This document shows, in pieces, positions 1 through 8,452 of a stretch of 64,000 nucleotides of DNA (the first letter of the stretch is position 1; every line of letters starts with the position of its first letter). This DNA is from a virus: IMG/VR virus record IMGVR_UViG_3300028573_000014, positions 15,954 through 79,953 of that record; one strand, 5' to 3'. The notes under the pieces are model-generated. The model saw only the letters and a list, made by a program, of their open reading frames with translations, was not told where the DNA came from and searched no databases. A program made the position numbers and the translations under genes.

Positions 1-372
1 CGCAGCCTGCTGTTCAGCTTCAGCACGATAAGCATCTGCCAGCGCATTGATCTGGTCGATTTGCTTTTGCGTGGTGTCGATGGATTTGTTCTGCTCATCA
101 TCAAATGTCTGCCATGCATCAGACTGAGCACGAAACGAATCAGCCAGTGAGTTGATCTGCTGCATTTCCTGATCAACCACGGCTTGAAGATCGTTGACCG
201 ATTGAGCAACCTGATTGCTGCTCTGGTCAACGGCATCAGAAAAGGCTTTAGGCGCGGCTGAGGCACGCTGAAAGGCATCTGCAATCTGGTCCAGACTTGC
301 AGCAGCCTGATCATCGCCTGTAACCTGAATCTGGATGCTTTCCAGAATCTGCCGTACAGTCTGATCTGCCAT
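1..372 (-). CDS. Tape measure protein, N-terminal part (runs off window)
   Basis: ATG at 372 reading MADQTVRQILESIQIQVTGDDQAAASLDQIADAF..., Ala/Gln-rich helical, open to the window edge; directly follows the tail chaperones. Confidence 0.75.
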   Translation of the reverse strand, partial: MADQTVRQILESIQIQVTGDDQAAASLDQIADAFQRASAAPKAFSDAVDQSSNQVAQSVNDLQAVVDQEMQQINSLADSFRAQSDAWQTFDDEQNKSIDTTQKQIDQINALADAYRAEAEQQAA

Positions 373-375
373 TAA

Positions 376-714
376 CTAAAACGCTCCCTTATAATCTGCC
401 GCGCGTGGTCCCATCTCCTCAAGATCCTCGTCTTCAATGAGGCCATGAGCTTTCGACCACTTCCGATAGTTCACCTGTCTGTCCATCAGCATGATGTCAT
501 CCATCAATGCCTCGTCCTGATCTTCCAGACCACCTCTCCGAGGCCACATTTGAAAGCGGTCCAGGAAGAAATAGGCTAGCTTAACTTCATTCTCATCACT
601 GTGGAATTTGGCTTCAATGTCCACAGGTTCCGGCGCATCATCGCTCAGTGGCTCTGGGTTGAGGACCCCGCTTCCGACGTACCGCTTGACGATATTGCGG
701 ATACTATTTTTTTT
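376..714 (-). CDS. Tail assembly chaperone, T-frame (gpT-like), expressed by -1 frameshift
   Basis: Frame opens right after a TGA (715-717) at an A9 run and continues into ORF 376..624; lies between gpG-like gene and tape measure. Confidence 0.75.
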   Translation of the reverse strand, partial: KKNSIRNIVKRYVGSGVLNPEPLSDDAPEPVDIEAKFHSDENEVKLAYFFLDRFQMWPRRGGLEDQDEALMDDIMLMDRQVNYRKWSKAHGLIEDEDLEEMGPRAADYKGAF

Positions 715-1049
715 TCAGCGTCCACCGTTGAATAGCCGTTCAATGCTGGGACGCGCATTTCCAGTAGTTCGCACAACTTTTCATCAGTCTGTGCAATGAA
801 TTTCAGGAATATTTCCAGCGTGGCGGCATCACCCGCAAAAGCAGTCATCTTCGCAAAATCGAAGTTTTCACACTTCACGATCTGCGTGATGAAGAAGCCA
901 AAGATAGTGATATAGCGCTTATAGAAGGGGGTTTCATCCCCCGCTGGCTTCAGCGATACCCACACCTGCCGCCTCACCTGCCCGTCCAAAATGGTTGGAC
1001 GGGCAAGTTCGATGCGGATGTCACCGTACTCGATGGTATCCGTTTGCAT
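645..1049 (-). CDS. Tail assembly chaperone (gpG-like)
   Basis: Follows major tail gene; slippery GAA AAA AAA ATA near its 3' end; likely start MQTDT at 1049. Confidence 0.75.
   Translation of the reverse strand: MQTDTIEYGDIRIELARPTILDGQVRRQVWVSLKPAGDETPFYKRYITIFGFFITQIVKCENFDFAKMTAFAGDAATLEIFLKFIAQTDEKLCELLEMRVPALNGYSTVDAEKKIVSAISSSGTSEAGSSTQSH
707..716 (-). other. Programmed -1 ribosomal frameshift slippery site (G AAAAAAAAA)
   Basis: Nine-T run at 707-715 on + strand; -1 slip joins EKK to NSIRNIVKRY...VDIEAKF. Confidence 0.75.
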
Positions 1050-1050
1050 C

Positions 1051-1917
1051 CTACAAAAACTCCACTTGGGCAATCAACCGCAGGCCAGCCGTTGGCACAG
1101 ACCCGAAGTCGAACTGGTAGTTCGTGCTCACCAGTGTCACCGTCGGTGTCACCAACACGCCATCCTTACGAGTGACGTTCGGATAGCCTGGGGCCAGCAA
1201 ACCGCTGCCAGGGATCGCGCTCTGAGGCAGGTTGAACACCGAAGCAATGCCGTCGGCCTTCCAGCCGTAGTACATCGCCTTGTTCGGGCTGCTGAACGGG
1301 AACTCAACACCATTGCTGGTCTTGAAATTCGAGGACGTGATCGCCAGACCGTTCGGCAATATGCTCGACGGGTTGCAGATCACATGGCGCTTCCAGTCGG
1401 TGATCTTCTTTTCCGCCATGCCGTCAGACGACATGGGGACTGCTTTCACCTTCGGGAAGAGAACGCCGTCCCAGTTACCCTGACCCTGGCTTGCCTGGTC
1501 CTTCGAGATTGACAGCCGCTGCATGAGCAGAGCGCCATCAATGTAGGCTGGCAGATAGGGCTGGATAACACCGAACGAAAGGTTGCCCTCAGCGACCACG
1601 GCTGTGGTCTGCGTGAGTGCGTCCAGCGTGAGGTCGGAGACACTACCAACAATGTCGAAACTCGGCAGTGTTTGTTGTGGCTCAACGATCTGACCCTGAA
1701 CCTGATCTTCGCCCGTGCCCAGAAGAACCAATGGTTCTATGGCCTTATAGGCTGCGGTTTTCACGCCGGACATGAAGTAACCGGCCTGCCCATTGTTGGG
1801 TCCAGGCACAAGCGTACCCGTTGCTCCGGCAAAGTATCCGTCCTGGTCGAGCGGAATGAACCATGCGATTCGGAATCCGCCCGACAGGACCTTGATAACG
1901 TTGTCAATTGCTGGCAT
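1051..1917 (-). CDS. Major tail (tube) protein
   Basis: 288 aa beta-rich protein directly upstream of the chaperone pair; synteny. Confidence 0.7.
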   Translation of the reverse strand: MPAIDNVIKVLSGGFRIAWFIPLDQDGYFAGATGTLVPGPNNGQAGYFMSGVKTAAYKAIEPLVLLGTGEDQVQGQIVEPQQTLPSFDIVGSVSDLTLDALTQTTAVVAEGNLSFGVIQPYLPAYIDGALLMQRLSISKDQASQGQGNWDGVLFPKVKAVPMSSDGMAEKKITDWKRHVICNPSSILPNGLAITSSNFKTSNGVEFPFSSPNKAMYYGWKADGIASVFNLPQSAIPGSGLLAPGYPNVTRKDGVLVTPTVTLVSTNYQFDFGSVPTAGLRLIAQVEFL

Positions 1918-2415
1918 TTAGTAGTCCCTCTCCGGGTTTGTCAGATAGAAACCCAGTGTCCATAAAAATTTCGCAGCGATGATGTCACCTGGCATCAGGG
2001 GAGTAGTTAATTCCAGTGACGCACCCAGAAAGTTATTGATCCGACCCGGTTTCGCGTCGGAGGTCAGCAACGGTCTGGACCGACCCATCGCCATTGTGTA
2101 AGGAATCCAGGTATACAGTTGTTCTTCCAGTGCGCCATCAAAGCCCTCGGTTCGCTTTCCGAGCTGTAGTTCAGTCACAATTGCTGTGACCTCAGCATCT
2201 TCCCAGATACCGATGGGCTGTGGCTTGATAGTCGATATCCCGTTCAACCACTTGGGATAGATAGCCTCGGCTTCATAGCGCATAAAAGGCTTTGCTGCTG
2301 TCCCAAAGTTCTGACCGAGTATTTGCCCGACTGCCGTGGATATTTCCTGTTCAATGGCAACAAGATGATCCATCGCGTCCTGGACGTTGATATAGTTGAG
2401 CAGGGTGACGGTCAT
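1918..2415 (-). CDS. Tail terminator/completion protein (putative)
   Basis: Size and position just before major tail gene; ATGA overlap with upstream gene. Confidence 0.5.
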   Translation of the reverse strand: MTVTLLNYINVQDAMDHLVAIEQEISTAVGQILGQNFGTAAKPFMRYEAEAIYPKWLNGISTIKPQPIGIWEDAEVTAIVTELQLGKRTEGFDGALEEQLYTWIPYTMAMGRSRPLLTSDAKPGRINNFLGASLELTTPLMPGDIIAAKFLWTLGFYLTNPERDY

Positions 2416-3344
2416 ACCGCGCTCCATCCCCAGTCACGGGTCTGGTTAGTGATATTCAAGATCTCCGACGGTGCATCACTCGGATAGATCATCGTCTTGC
2501 CCTGCGACAGGTCGGTTTTTACTGCCTCGTAAGCCCCACGCCGTGAGTACCAGTATCCCAGCCATCGGTAGGCTGCCCGGTTGATCTCTGGCTGGACCTG
2601 CCATGTGGATATCTTAGTTCCCGCAGGCCATGCCTGAGCGGTAGATCCGTTCTGCCCACGAAGAGCAGTGATCGTTAGCCCGACAGGATCTGTGGAGAGA
2701 ACCATCATCCATTCAAACACAGCGGGAGTCGCCAGACTATCTCCGACCTGAATCATGTTTCCGGCAGACAGCGCTGGACTGTAGCCCCAGCTATTCATGC
2801 CTGCCGGAGTCGAAACTGCAAACGTGATAATGTGGTTATCGATGTCACTCGTAATGGTTTGCAAGCTGTCTATCCAGCTTTGTGGGTAGTTCTGTCCGTA
2901 GCCCCAGTAGCCCGTGACTCGAATCTTTCGCAGAAACTGACCGGGGGCAATCCAGAAGTACGTGCCAAAACCAAAACCATACGACCAGCCATAGACCTGA
3001 TTGCTGATAAGCTGCAACTGCATGTTTGGCGAGTCTTTCTGCACAAACACATAATCCACATCGAATACCAGCACATTGTCAAAGGCATCAATAACCTGAG
3101 TCGGATACAGGATGGGACGGCCCAGATCTAACTTGCGCTGAACGTCATCGATCCATGTGCCGAAAGCATCATAGCGATATTCCTGATAGTAAGGCAGATA
3201 GCGCTGGCGTGTCATGACATTCAGACGCGATCCCAGATCGACCAGATTGTTGACAATCCAGTTGTCACCGGAATGATCGCTATCAGGCACTTTAGCCTCG
3301 TCACGAACCTGCGCCAGCGTACATAACCTGTCAGGAGGGAACAT
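2412..3344 (-). CDS. Head-tail adaptor (gp6/gp15-like) with inserted beta domain
   Basis: N-terminal LCTLAQVR, ...RVTGYWGY, C-terminal PEINRAAYRWLGYWYSRR typical of head-tail connectors. Confidence 0.6.
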   Translation of the reverse strand: MFPPDRLCTLAQVRDEAKVPDSDHSGDNWIVNNLVDLGSRLNVMTRQRYLPYYQEYRYDAFGTWIDDVQRKLDLGRPILYPTQVIDAFDNVLVFDVDYVFVQKDSPNMQLQLISNQVYGWSYGFGFGTYFWIAPGQFLRKIRVTGYWGYGQNYPQSWIDSLQTITSDIDNHIITFAVSTPAGMNSWGYSPALSAGNMIQVGDSLATPAVFEWMMVLSTDPVGLTITALRGQNGSTAQAWPAGTKISTWQVQPEINRAAYRWLGYWYSRRGAYEAVKTDLSQGKTMIYPSDAPSEILNITNQTRDWGWSAV

Positions 3345-3346
3345 CG

Positions 3347-3670
3347 CTAATCCGTCTCCACAATCACAGTGACCGTCGCATCGGCTGAGCCATCCCGAAT
3401 CATCAGAAGCGCAGCAGTATTTTCCCGACCAACGACCTCGAAGATCGGGAAATTATTCGTCGGCAGTCGCAACCCGGCAGTTGTTGTGGGTGGATTGGTC
3501 GTCACAGGGTGATCCCACGCCACGCGAAGGGCATTGGCTCCGACGCTGATAAAGACTCGGTCTGCTGCCGCAGCCACACCGGGATCAAATCCGAACGCCA
3601 CCAGACTCAATGCCACTGTAGACACGGTGCCTGTGATGTGAACTGACTGCGAACTACCGTTAACTGCCAT
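3347..3670 (-). CDS. Virion structural protein (hypothetical)
   Basis: 107 aa beta-rich ORF in the head operon. Confidence 0.5.
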   Translation of the reverse strand: MAVNGSSQSVHITGTVSTVALSLVAFGFDPGVAAAADRVFISVGANALRVAWDHPVTTNPPTTTAGLRLPTNNFPIFEVVGRENTAALLMIRDGSADATVTVIVETD

Positions 3671-3680
3671 GCTGCACCGC

Positions 3681-4094
3681 CTACTTCAACACGTAGCGAC
3701 AGGCCAGATAGGCCAACCCTACGGTTGGAGATCCGCCCATCGTGACGTACACGGGCTTCTGCGAACTGAACTTGGTGAACCACTTGTTGAGAGTGATCCA
3801 TGCTGTGCTGAACACCGGTCCTGCTGTACCCAGAACAGACTGGGCGTTCAGGAACGAGGTGGGCAGCGCCACGCTCTCACCCACGGACAGAGTTGCGCTA
3901 CCATCGAAGATCGTCTGGACATCCAGATCGAAGCCGATGATCGTTGCGCCCTGTGGAAGGGTGAAGGCCAACTTGTTTGAACCCGTGGTCGGTGTCAATT
4001 GGAAGTACTTGACACCGAGAGTGCCCCCCAACATCGGGGGGGCATAGCCGTCGCCATCACTGGCGTATACTGCGGGGAAAGGTCCATCTACCAT
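3681..4094 (-). CDS. Virion structural/decoration protein (hypothetical)
   Basis: LPQGATII...FDGSATLSVG pattern resembling small capsid-associated proteins; position. Confidence 0.5.
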   Translation of the reverse strand: MVDGPFPAVYASDGDGYAPPMLGGTLGVKYFQLTPTTGSNKLAFTLPQGATIIGFDLDVQTIFDGSATLSVGESVALPTSFLNAQSVLGTAGPVFSTAWITLNKWFTKFSSQKPVYVTMGGSPTVGLAYLACRYVLK

Positions 4095-4106
4095 GAGGTT
4101 CCCCCT

Positions 4107-4520
4107 TTATACGCTCAGTGAGGTGTAGGATTGAAGGTGCAGCTCGATGGCGTTGACCGTGACACTGACCGCACCAACTGGAGCCAGCGTGACGCTGAGA
4201 TAGCGCATCAACTCATCGCGCTTCAGGCCGAACTGAACTTTGCCGCCAGCAGAGCCAACGACATTGGGAATGGTGTAACCGGGCACACCAGTCACAGGAT
4301 TGAGAATGGCATCGGCTGGGACATTCACGAATGTCGTGTTGTCAGTAGCCATCACGGGCTGAATAGACAGCGTGCCAGTGCCGCCGCTTGGGACCTGAAT
4401 GGCCATCAAGACTGGTCCAACTGCGTTCACCAGGTCCACGCCCGCAGGTGTGGTGCTGGACGTAACCGCACCGTTTTGCAGCCAGTTGATGCCAAGAGCA
4501 TTATCTAAATACGTAAACAT
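4107..4520 (-). CDS. Capsid decoration/cement-like protein (putative)
   Basis: Directly downstream of MCP; jelly-roll-like beta pattern (GVDL...RYLSVTL). Confidence 0.5.
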   Translation of the reverse strand: MFTYLDNALGINWLQNGAVTSSTTPAGVDLVNAVGPVLMAIQVPSGGTGTLSIQPVMATDNTTFVNVPADAILNPVTGVPGYTIPNVVGSAGGKVQFGLKRDELMRYLSVTLAPVGAVSVTVNAIELHLQSYTSLSV

Positions 4521-4532
4521 GCTTCATTCTCC

Positions 4533-6047
4533 TTAGTTGGTACCGGTGGTTACGCCGGAGATGGAGACGGGAAGAACGCCCTTCATGACGAAGAACGCCT
4601 GGGGGTACACGATTTTCACATCCGCGTACACATAGATCAGCAGGCCAGCCTGCAAGTTCCCAGCGAAGGTCTGGTCCAGACGCACCTCAACCTGATCGCT
4701 CAGGCCGATGTACATATACTGCCAGTCGCCACCAAAGACATAGGACGAGTTGGTGCTGGTCCCTTCAACGACATTGGTCGGAATCTGGTTGGAGATCGCA
4801 TATGGCATCGCCATGATCTCACGCTCGGCTGCGGCACGCCACGCAGGACGCAGCAGAGGATTGCCCAGAGTGTCAGTCGCCAGCGTAAAGGCGCGGCTGA
4901 TCTGGCTGTGGAGTGCGATACCGCGACGTGACCCGTCATCATAGGGCACGTTGGCATCGTCCAGCAAACCAAACGCCTGACCAATATCCGTGAACTGAGG
5001 AATACGCCCGTTCCCGCCCATGTCATAGGTCTGAGCCGATGGTGTGTTCAGGATACCGACGATTTCCATACCGCCGCCGGACACGAGCGCACCGCCCGTA
5101 CCAAGCAAAGCAGCCTTGTCGATCTTCAAGGCAATCGACTTCGCCATCTGGTTGCGCAACTGCGACTCGGCTTGTGGAGTCATATTTGCTTCAACGTTGA
5201 AGGGGACCTTCACCAGGCTTGAGACACCGTGCGGGTACAACGTAACCGTGCGGTACCCAGGCTGGCTGTCAGAGACGGCCTGATTCTCACCAACCCATTG
5301 CGCATCGGGCGCTGAGTTCATGATAGGAACGGTCAGGACGTTCGTGCCCTGCATGTCGATGTGCTCAGCCCCAAGCTGATAACAAACGACTTTGGCACGC
5401 AGCGGGTCCAACACGACTGGAGAAATCTCCTGGTGCAGGATATAACCACCGTTTGGACCCGAAGCGGAGGACATTGCCTTTTCCGCGCCGATCACAAAAC
5501 GAGGACGTTCCATCCGCGCGATGCGCTTCAGGTCGGCATACACACCAGCCAGAGGCGTTTTGGTGATGCCAGTGTTTTGATTGATGCCCTTCTGGGCGAT
5601 TGAACCAGTCATATATGGCCCCACTGACTTTGAACCACCGCCGCTTGATAAGTGACGGCTAAGGACGGAATAGTTGTACGGTGCTGGATCGCTCATCGTC
5701 GCGGTAGGAACATCGTCCTTTTCGCTTGACATCGCAGCGCTGTACAGGTTGTTGAGGTGGCTGGTCACATCTTCGGCCTTGCTATCTTCGGGCATACCAA
5801 GTGCCTTGATCAGATCCGGGTGAGCTTTGCCTTCGGTATTAATCGCTGCAATGTGGTTGTCCATTGCACCGCGTACCGCAGTAGGCTCCGGTTCACAGCC
5901 ATACATCTGTGCCAGGGCGTGCAGGGTTGATTCGGGCTGCTCGTCGGCATCGAAGTCGTCATTTGCATCATTGACTTCTTCGAGACCGTCCTTTGCAGCG
6001 TCTTCCTTCTGCTCTTCCTGGTCTTCCTTCTCGTCTTCTTTATCCAT
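4533..6047 (-). CDS. Nested in-frame scaffold + major capsid protein (internal start)
   Basis: Purine-rich SD AAGAGAGGG 4-5 nt before in-frame ATG (aa 622, MDKEDEK) just after the protease domain. Confidence 0.55.
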   Translation of the reverse strand: MDKEDEKEDQEEQKEDAAKDGLEEVNDANDDFDADEQPESTLHALAQMYGCEPEPTAVRGAMDNHIAAINTEGKAHPDLIKALGMPEDSKAEDVTSHLNNLYSAAMSSEKDDVPTATMSDPAPYNYSVLSRHLSSGGGSKSVGPYMTGSIAQKGINQNTGITKTPLAGVYADLKRIARMERPRFVIGAEKAMSSASGPNGGYILHQEISPVVLDPLRAKVVCYQLGAEHIDMQGTNVLTVPIMNSAPDAQWVGENQAVSDSQPGYRTVTLYPHGVSSLVKVPFNVEANMTPQAESQLRNQMAKSIALKIDKAALLGTGGALVSGGGMEIVGILNTPSAQTYDMGGNGRIPQFTDIGQAFGLLDDANVPYDDGSRRGIALHSQISRAFTLATDTLGNPLLRPAWRAAAEREIMAMPYAISNQIPTNVVEGTSTNSSYVFGGDWQYMYIGLSDQVEVRLDQTFAGNLQAGLLIYVYADVKIVYPQAFFVMKGVLPVSISGVTTGTN

Positions 6048-7910
6048 TTTTCCCTCTCTTATTTCTGCTTTTGTGGCTTCCTCAAGCGTGTCAGTCGCCT
6101 CCCGCTCCTGCATCACACTCTTCAAAGCCAGTTCCAAACTCTTGGCGGCAAGCACGGGGCCAAGTCCCGGTTCGGCAGGGGTGCGAGTAAGGCTGCATCC
6201 CGCTAACGGCCACAATCCCAGATGTCCGTCAGCGGGGTCATACCCCTGCTGCGCATAATGGGAAAGGCTGTCACTAGAGTAGGCAAACACACCGTTCGCT
6301 GCGTCTTTCGCAGTGCGGACGTAAAGTGGATGGTCGGTGTGGAGAGCGTGCTCTCCCCAGATTCCCCGTGGGTACACCTTTACCAGGGTGCGTTGCCCAA
6401 TAGGGTCCCCGCCGTAATCGGGGTTTTTGCCGTGTTCCATCCACAGAGGCGCGTTCGGGTAGTAATCCGCAAACGTTTTGGTCATGTCATCAAAAAAGGT
6501 ATCCTGCAAATCGAGATTTTCAGGATCCGTGAAAAGCATCATCCAGCCCTCAACCGAGGTCGGTAGACCATCGACTGCCTTCGAGCCAATCATTGAGGCA
6601 CGGTTGCAAGCACCCTGCGCTGCCAGCGTAGCCTTAACGTCATCCCCGGTTTCTTGCATCACCTGATCGTAGACTTTTGCCCACAGGCTAAAGTCTTTCT
6701 CGCTCAGATCGGATGGCATTTTGCCAGACAGATAAGCCGCAACCTTTGCCTTATCCTCTTTGGACAGGCCAAGTTCAGCCGCGCGTGCCCGAATGCGGGA
6801 ACGAACTGTTGGCTTGTCAGCATCGGGAATGTCGGCACGATTACCGTGCGGAGGGTTAGGTCCCATCGCTGCGGCTGCCAGCAACACATGTCGAGCGTCT
6901 GGCATCGGCAGTTTCCACGAAGATGGTGTGTCCTTATCGGGCACATAACCATACGTGTCAGGATTGGCATCCTTGCCTGCTGCTTCTTCCTCTGGCGCTT
7001 CACCGTAGAAGTAGGCATTGAAGTCTTCTGAGCCACGAGGATGATGAGCCTTTTCGCCTGCCACTTCATCGACTGCTGTTTCAGTCTCAGCAGGCGCATC
7101 GGAGATCTCTTCGATCACTTCCTCATCTGGCTCAGACTTGGTAGCAACGGGCACTTCCCCGTGCGCATGGGCAATGGCTTCTTCGCGTGTGGCGTAGCCT
7201 TCTTCAGGAGAACGCACACCGGAAGTCATGTCCAGAACGCGGTATTTACCGTCGGTCTTGCTCTTTACAATTTTCACTGTCAAGGACTTCTTTCCTTTCC
7301 CGCCGGATAGCGGAATGGTGTAATCCCCTGCCTCTCCATAGGATTCCCAGAGACTGTCAAAGGTCACAGGGACAGGTTGGAGTGGGATTGTCGGGGTAGG
7401 CATCTCTTTATCGATATAGGCCAACGTCATATGCGGCGTGTAGCCATGAGTCTCCAGCGGATCGGCATCCGCACCTTTCAGGAAAGCAACCAGTGCCTGC
7501 CGGAAACGTGGAAGGTCAGGGCAATCGAAGTTCAGGTAGATGCAGTCCTTATCAGGCGCATCCATGAACCGACCAATGCCGTTCAGAGTGCCACTGAGCG
7601 CAGGCCAGCCCTGTGCGAACTTAGTCAGTTCGGACTCCAGCGCTTCCTCATCTGGCATCCAACCGGGATCATCAGTGCTGCCCAGATAGGCCAGCGTGAC
7701 ATGCATTTCATCGACTGGCATCAGGCAGTCTTCTGGTAGTCCAGCGCCCTTCGCCAGTGCGATCAGATGTTGGGCAATAACAGGCGGAATCTTGAACGCG
7801 ATCATGATTCCGTCCTGGTGGTCAGCATCCTTTGCCGGGATACCAATGGTAGAACGGAGAACATAACCGCCTGCTGCCCCTGTCGCGCTGCTCATCGCTT
7901 TGGCCGTCAT
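4533..7910 (-). CDS. Polyprotein: 2H phosphoesterase + DUF6582-like + ChaB-like + HK97-type prohead protease + scaffold + major capsid protein
   Basis: HxT motifs HVT (aa 70) and HMT (aa 160); YGYVPDKDTPSSWKLP module; protease motifs PLWMEHG, YSSDS, SLTRTPAEP; HK97 MCP motifs GGYIL, AQWVGE, DKAALLGTG, FGGDWQYMYIG. Confidence 0.85.
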   Translation of the reverse strand: MTAKAMSSATGAAGGYVLRSTIGIPAKDADHQDGIMIAFKIPPVIAQHLIALAKGAGLPEDCLMPVDEMHVTLAYLGSTDDPGWMPDEEALESELTKFAQGWPALSGTLNGIGRFMDAPDKDCIYLNFDCPDLPRFRQALVAFLKGADADPLETHGYTPHMTLAYIDKEMPTPTIPLQPVPVTFDSLWESYGEAGDYTIPLSGGKGKKSLTVKIVKSKTDGKYRVLDMTSGVRSPEEGYATREEAIAHAHGEVPVATKSEPDEEVIEEISDAPAETETAVDEVAGEKAHHPRGSEDFNAYFYGEAPEEEAAGKDANPDTYGYVPDKDTPSSWKLPMPDARHVLLAAAAMGPNPPHGNRADIPDADKPTVRSRIRARAAELGLSKEDKAKVAAYLSGKMPSDLSEKDFSLWAKVYDQVMQETGDDVKATLAAQGACNRASMIGSKAVDGLPTSVEGWMMLFTDPENLDLQDTFFDDMTKTFADYYPNAPLWMEHGKNPDYGGDPIGQRTLVKVYPRGIWGEHALHTDHPLYVRTAKDAANGVFAYSSDSLSHYAQQGYDPADGHLGLWPLAGCSLTRTPAEPGLGPVLAAKSLELALKSVMQEREATDTLEEATKAEIREGKMDKEDEKEDQEEQKEDAAKDGLEEVNDANDDFDADEQPESTLHALAQMYGCEPEPTAVRGAMDNHIAAINTEGKAHPDLIKALGMPEDSKAEDVTSHLNNLYSAAMSSEKDDVPTATMSDPAPYNYSVLSRHLSSGGGSKSVGPYMTGSIAQKGINQNTGITKTPLAGVYADLKRIARMERPRFVIGAEKAMSSASGPNGGYILHQEISPVVLDPLRAKVVCYQLGAEHIDMQGTNVLTVPIMNSAPDAQWVGENQAVSDSQPGYRTVTLYPHGVSSLVKVPFNVEANMTPQAESQLRNQMAKSIALKIDKAALLGTGGALVSGGGMEIVGILNTPSAQTYDMGGNGRIPQFTDIGQAFGLLDDANVPYDDGSRRGIALHSQISRAFTLATDTLGNPLLRPAWRAAAEREIMAMPYAISNQIPTNVVEGTSTNSSYVFGGDWQYMYIGLSDQVEVRLDQTFAGNLQAGLLIYVYADVKIVYPQAFFVMKGVLPVSISGVTTGTN

Positions 7911-8452
7911 GATTGGAAAGCTCCCAACGCTTCGTCCAGCGCTTCAAGTAACATGTCTTCGACCAGATCTGCAATCTCATTCTCAGCGTCCTCGAAGTCG
8001 TTGCCCCAGCCTGTATTCTCATGGCCTGGAACAGCATCTGGACCGTAGACCGCCTGCGCGTAGTTGTCACCCTTCCAGTCCACAGCGTCATTCTCTATGG
8101 TCAGGAAAGTATCATTGGCACTGGTGTTTTCGGAGACGACCCAACTGCTTTCCAGTTTGTCGGTGCGGTCCCACTGTCCACCGTTCGGGTCCCAGTCCTG
8201 TCCAGGGATCTGCCCGGTTCTCTTCATCCAGAAATACCAGTTGCGACTGGGAAGGGTTGCGAAATCAAAGGGATGCACAACATCACCAGGTGGAGGGGCA
8301 AAGCGGTCATTGACCACTTCCACCACTGCCTCATGGATGGGACCATGCACAGCTTCGTAGATTGGTTCGCGGATGGCAGCGACCTTCTGGCGAATGTCAC
8401 GCAGAACATCTACAGCGACTGAGGGGTTGTACTCCACGCTGAAGAAACTCAT
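7907..8452 (-). CDS. Virion morphogenesis protein (HK97 gp10-like neck/tail completion, putative)
   Basis: RTDKLESSW ... NYAQAVYG ... HENTGW pattern; lies between portal and capsid genes. Confidence 0.5.
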   Translation of the reverse strand: MSFFSVEYNPSVAVDVLRDIRQKVAAIREPIYEAVHGPIHEAVVEVVNDRFAPPPGDVVHPFDFATLPSRNWYFWMKRTGQIPGQDWDPNGGQWDRTDKLESSWVVSENTSANDTFLTIENDAVDWKGDNYAQAVYGPDAVPGHENTGWGNDFEDAENEIADLVEDMLLEALDEALGAFQS

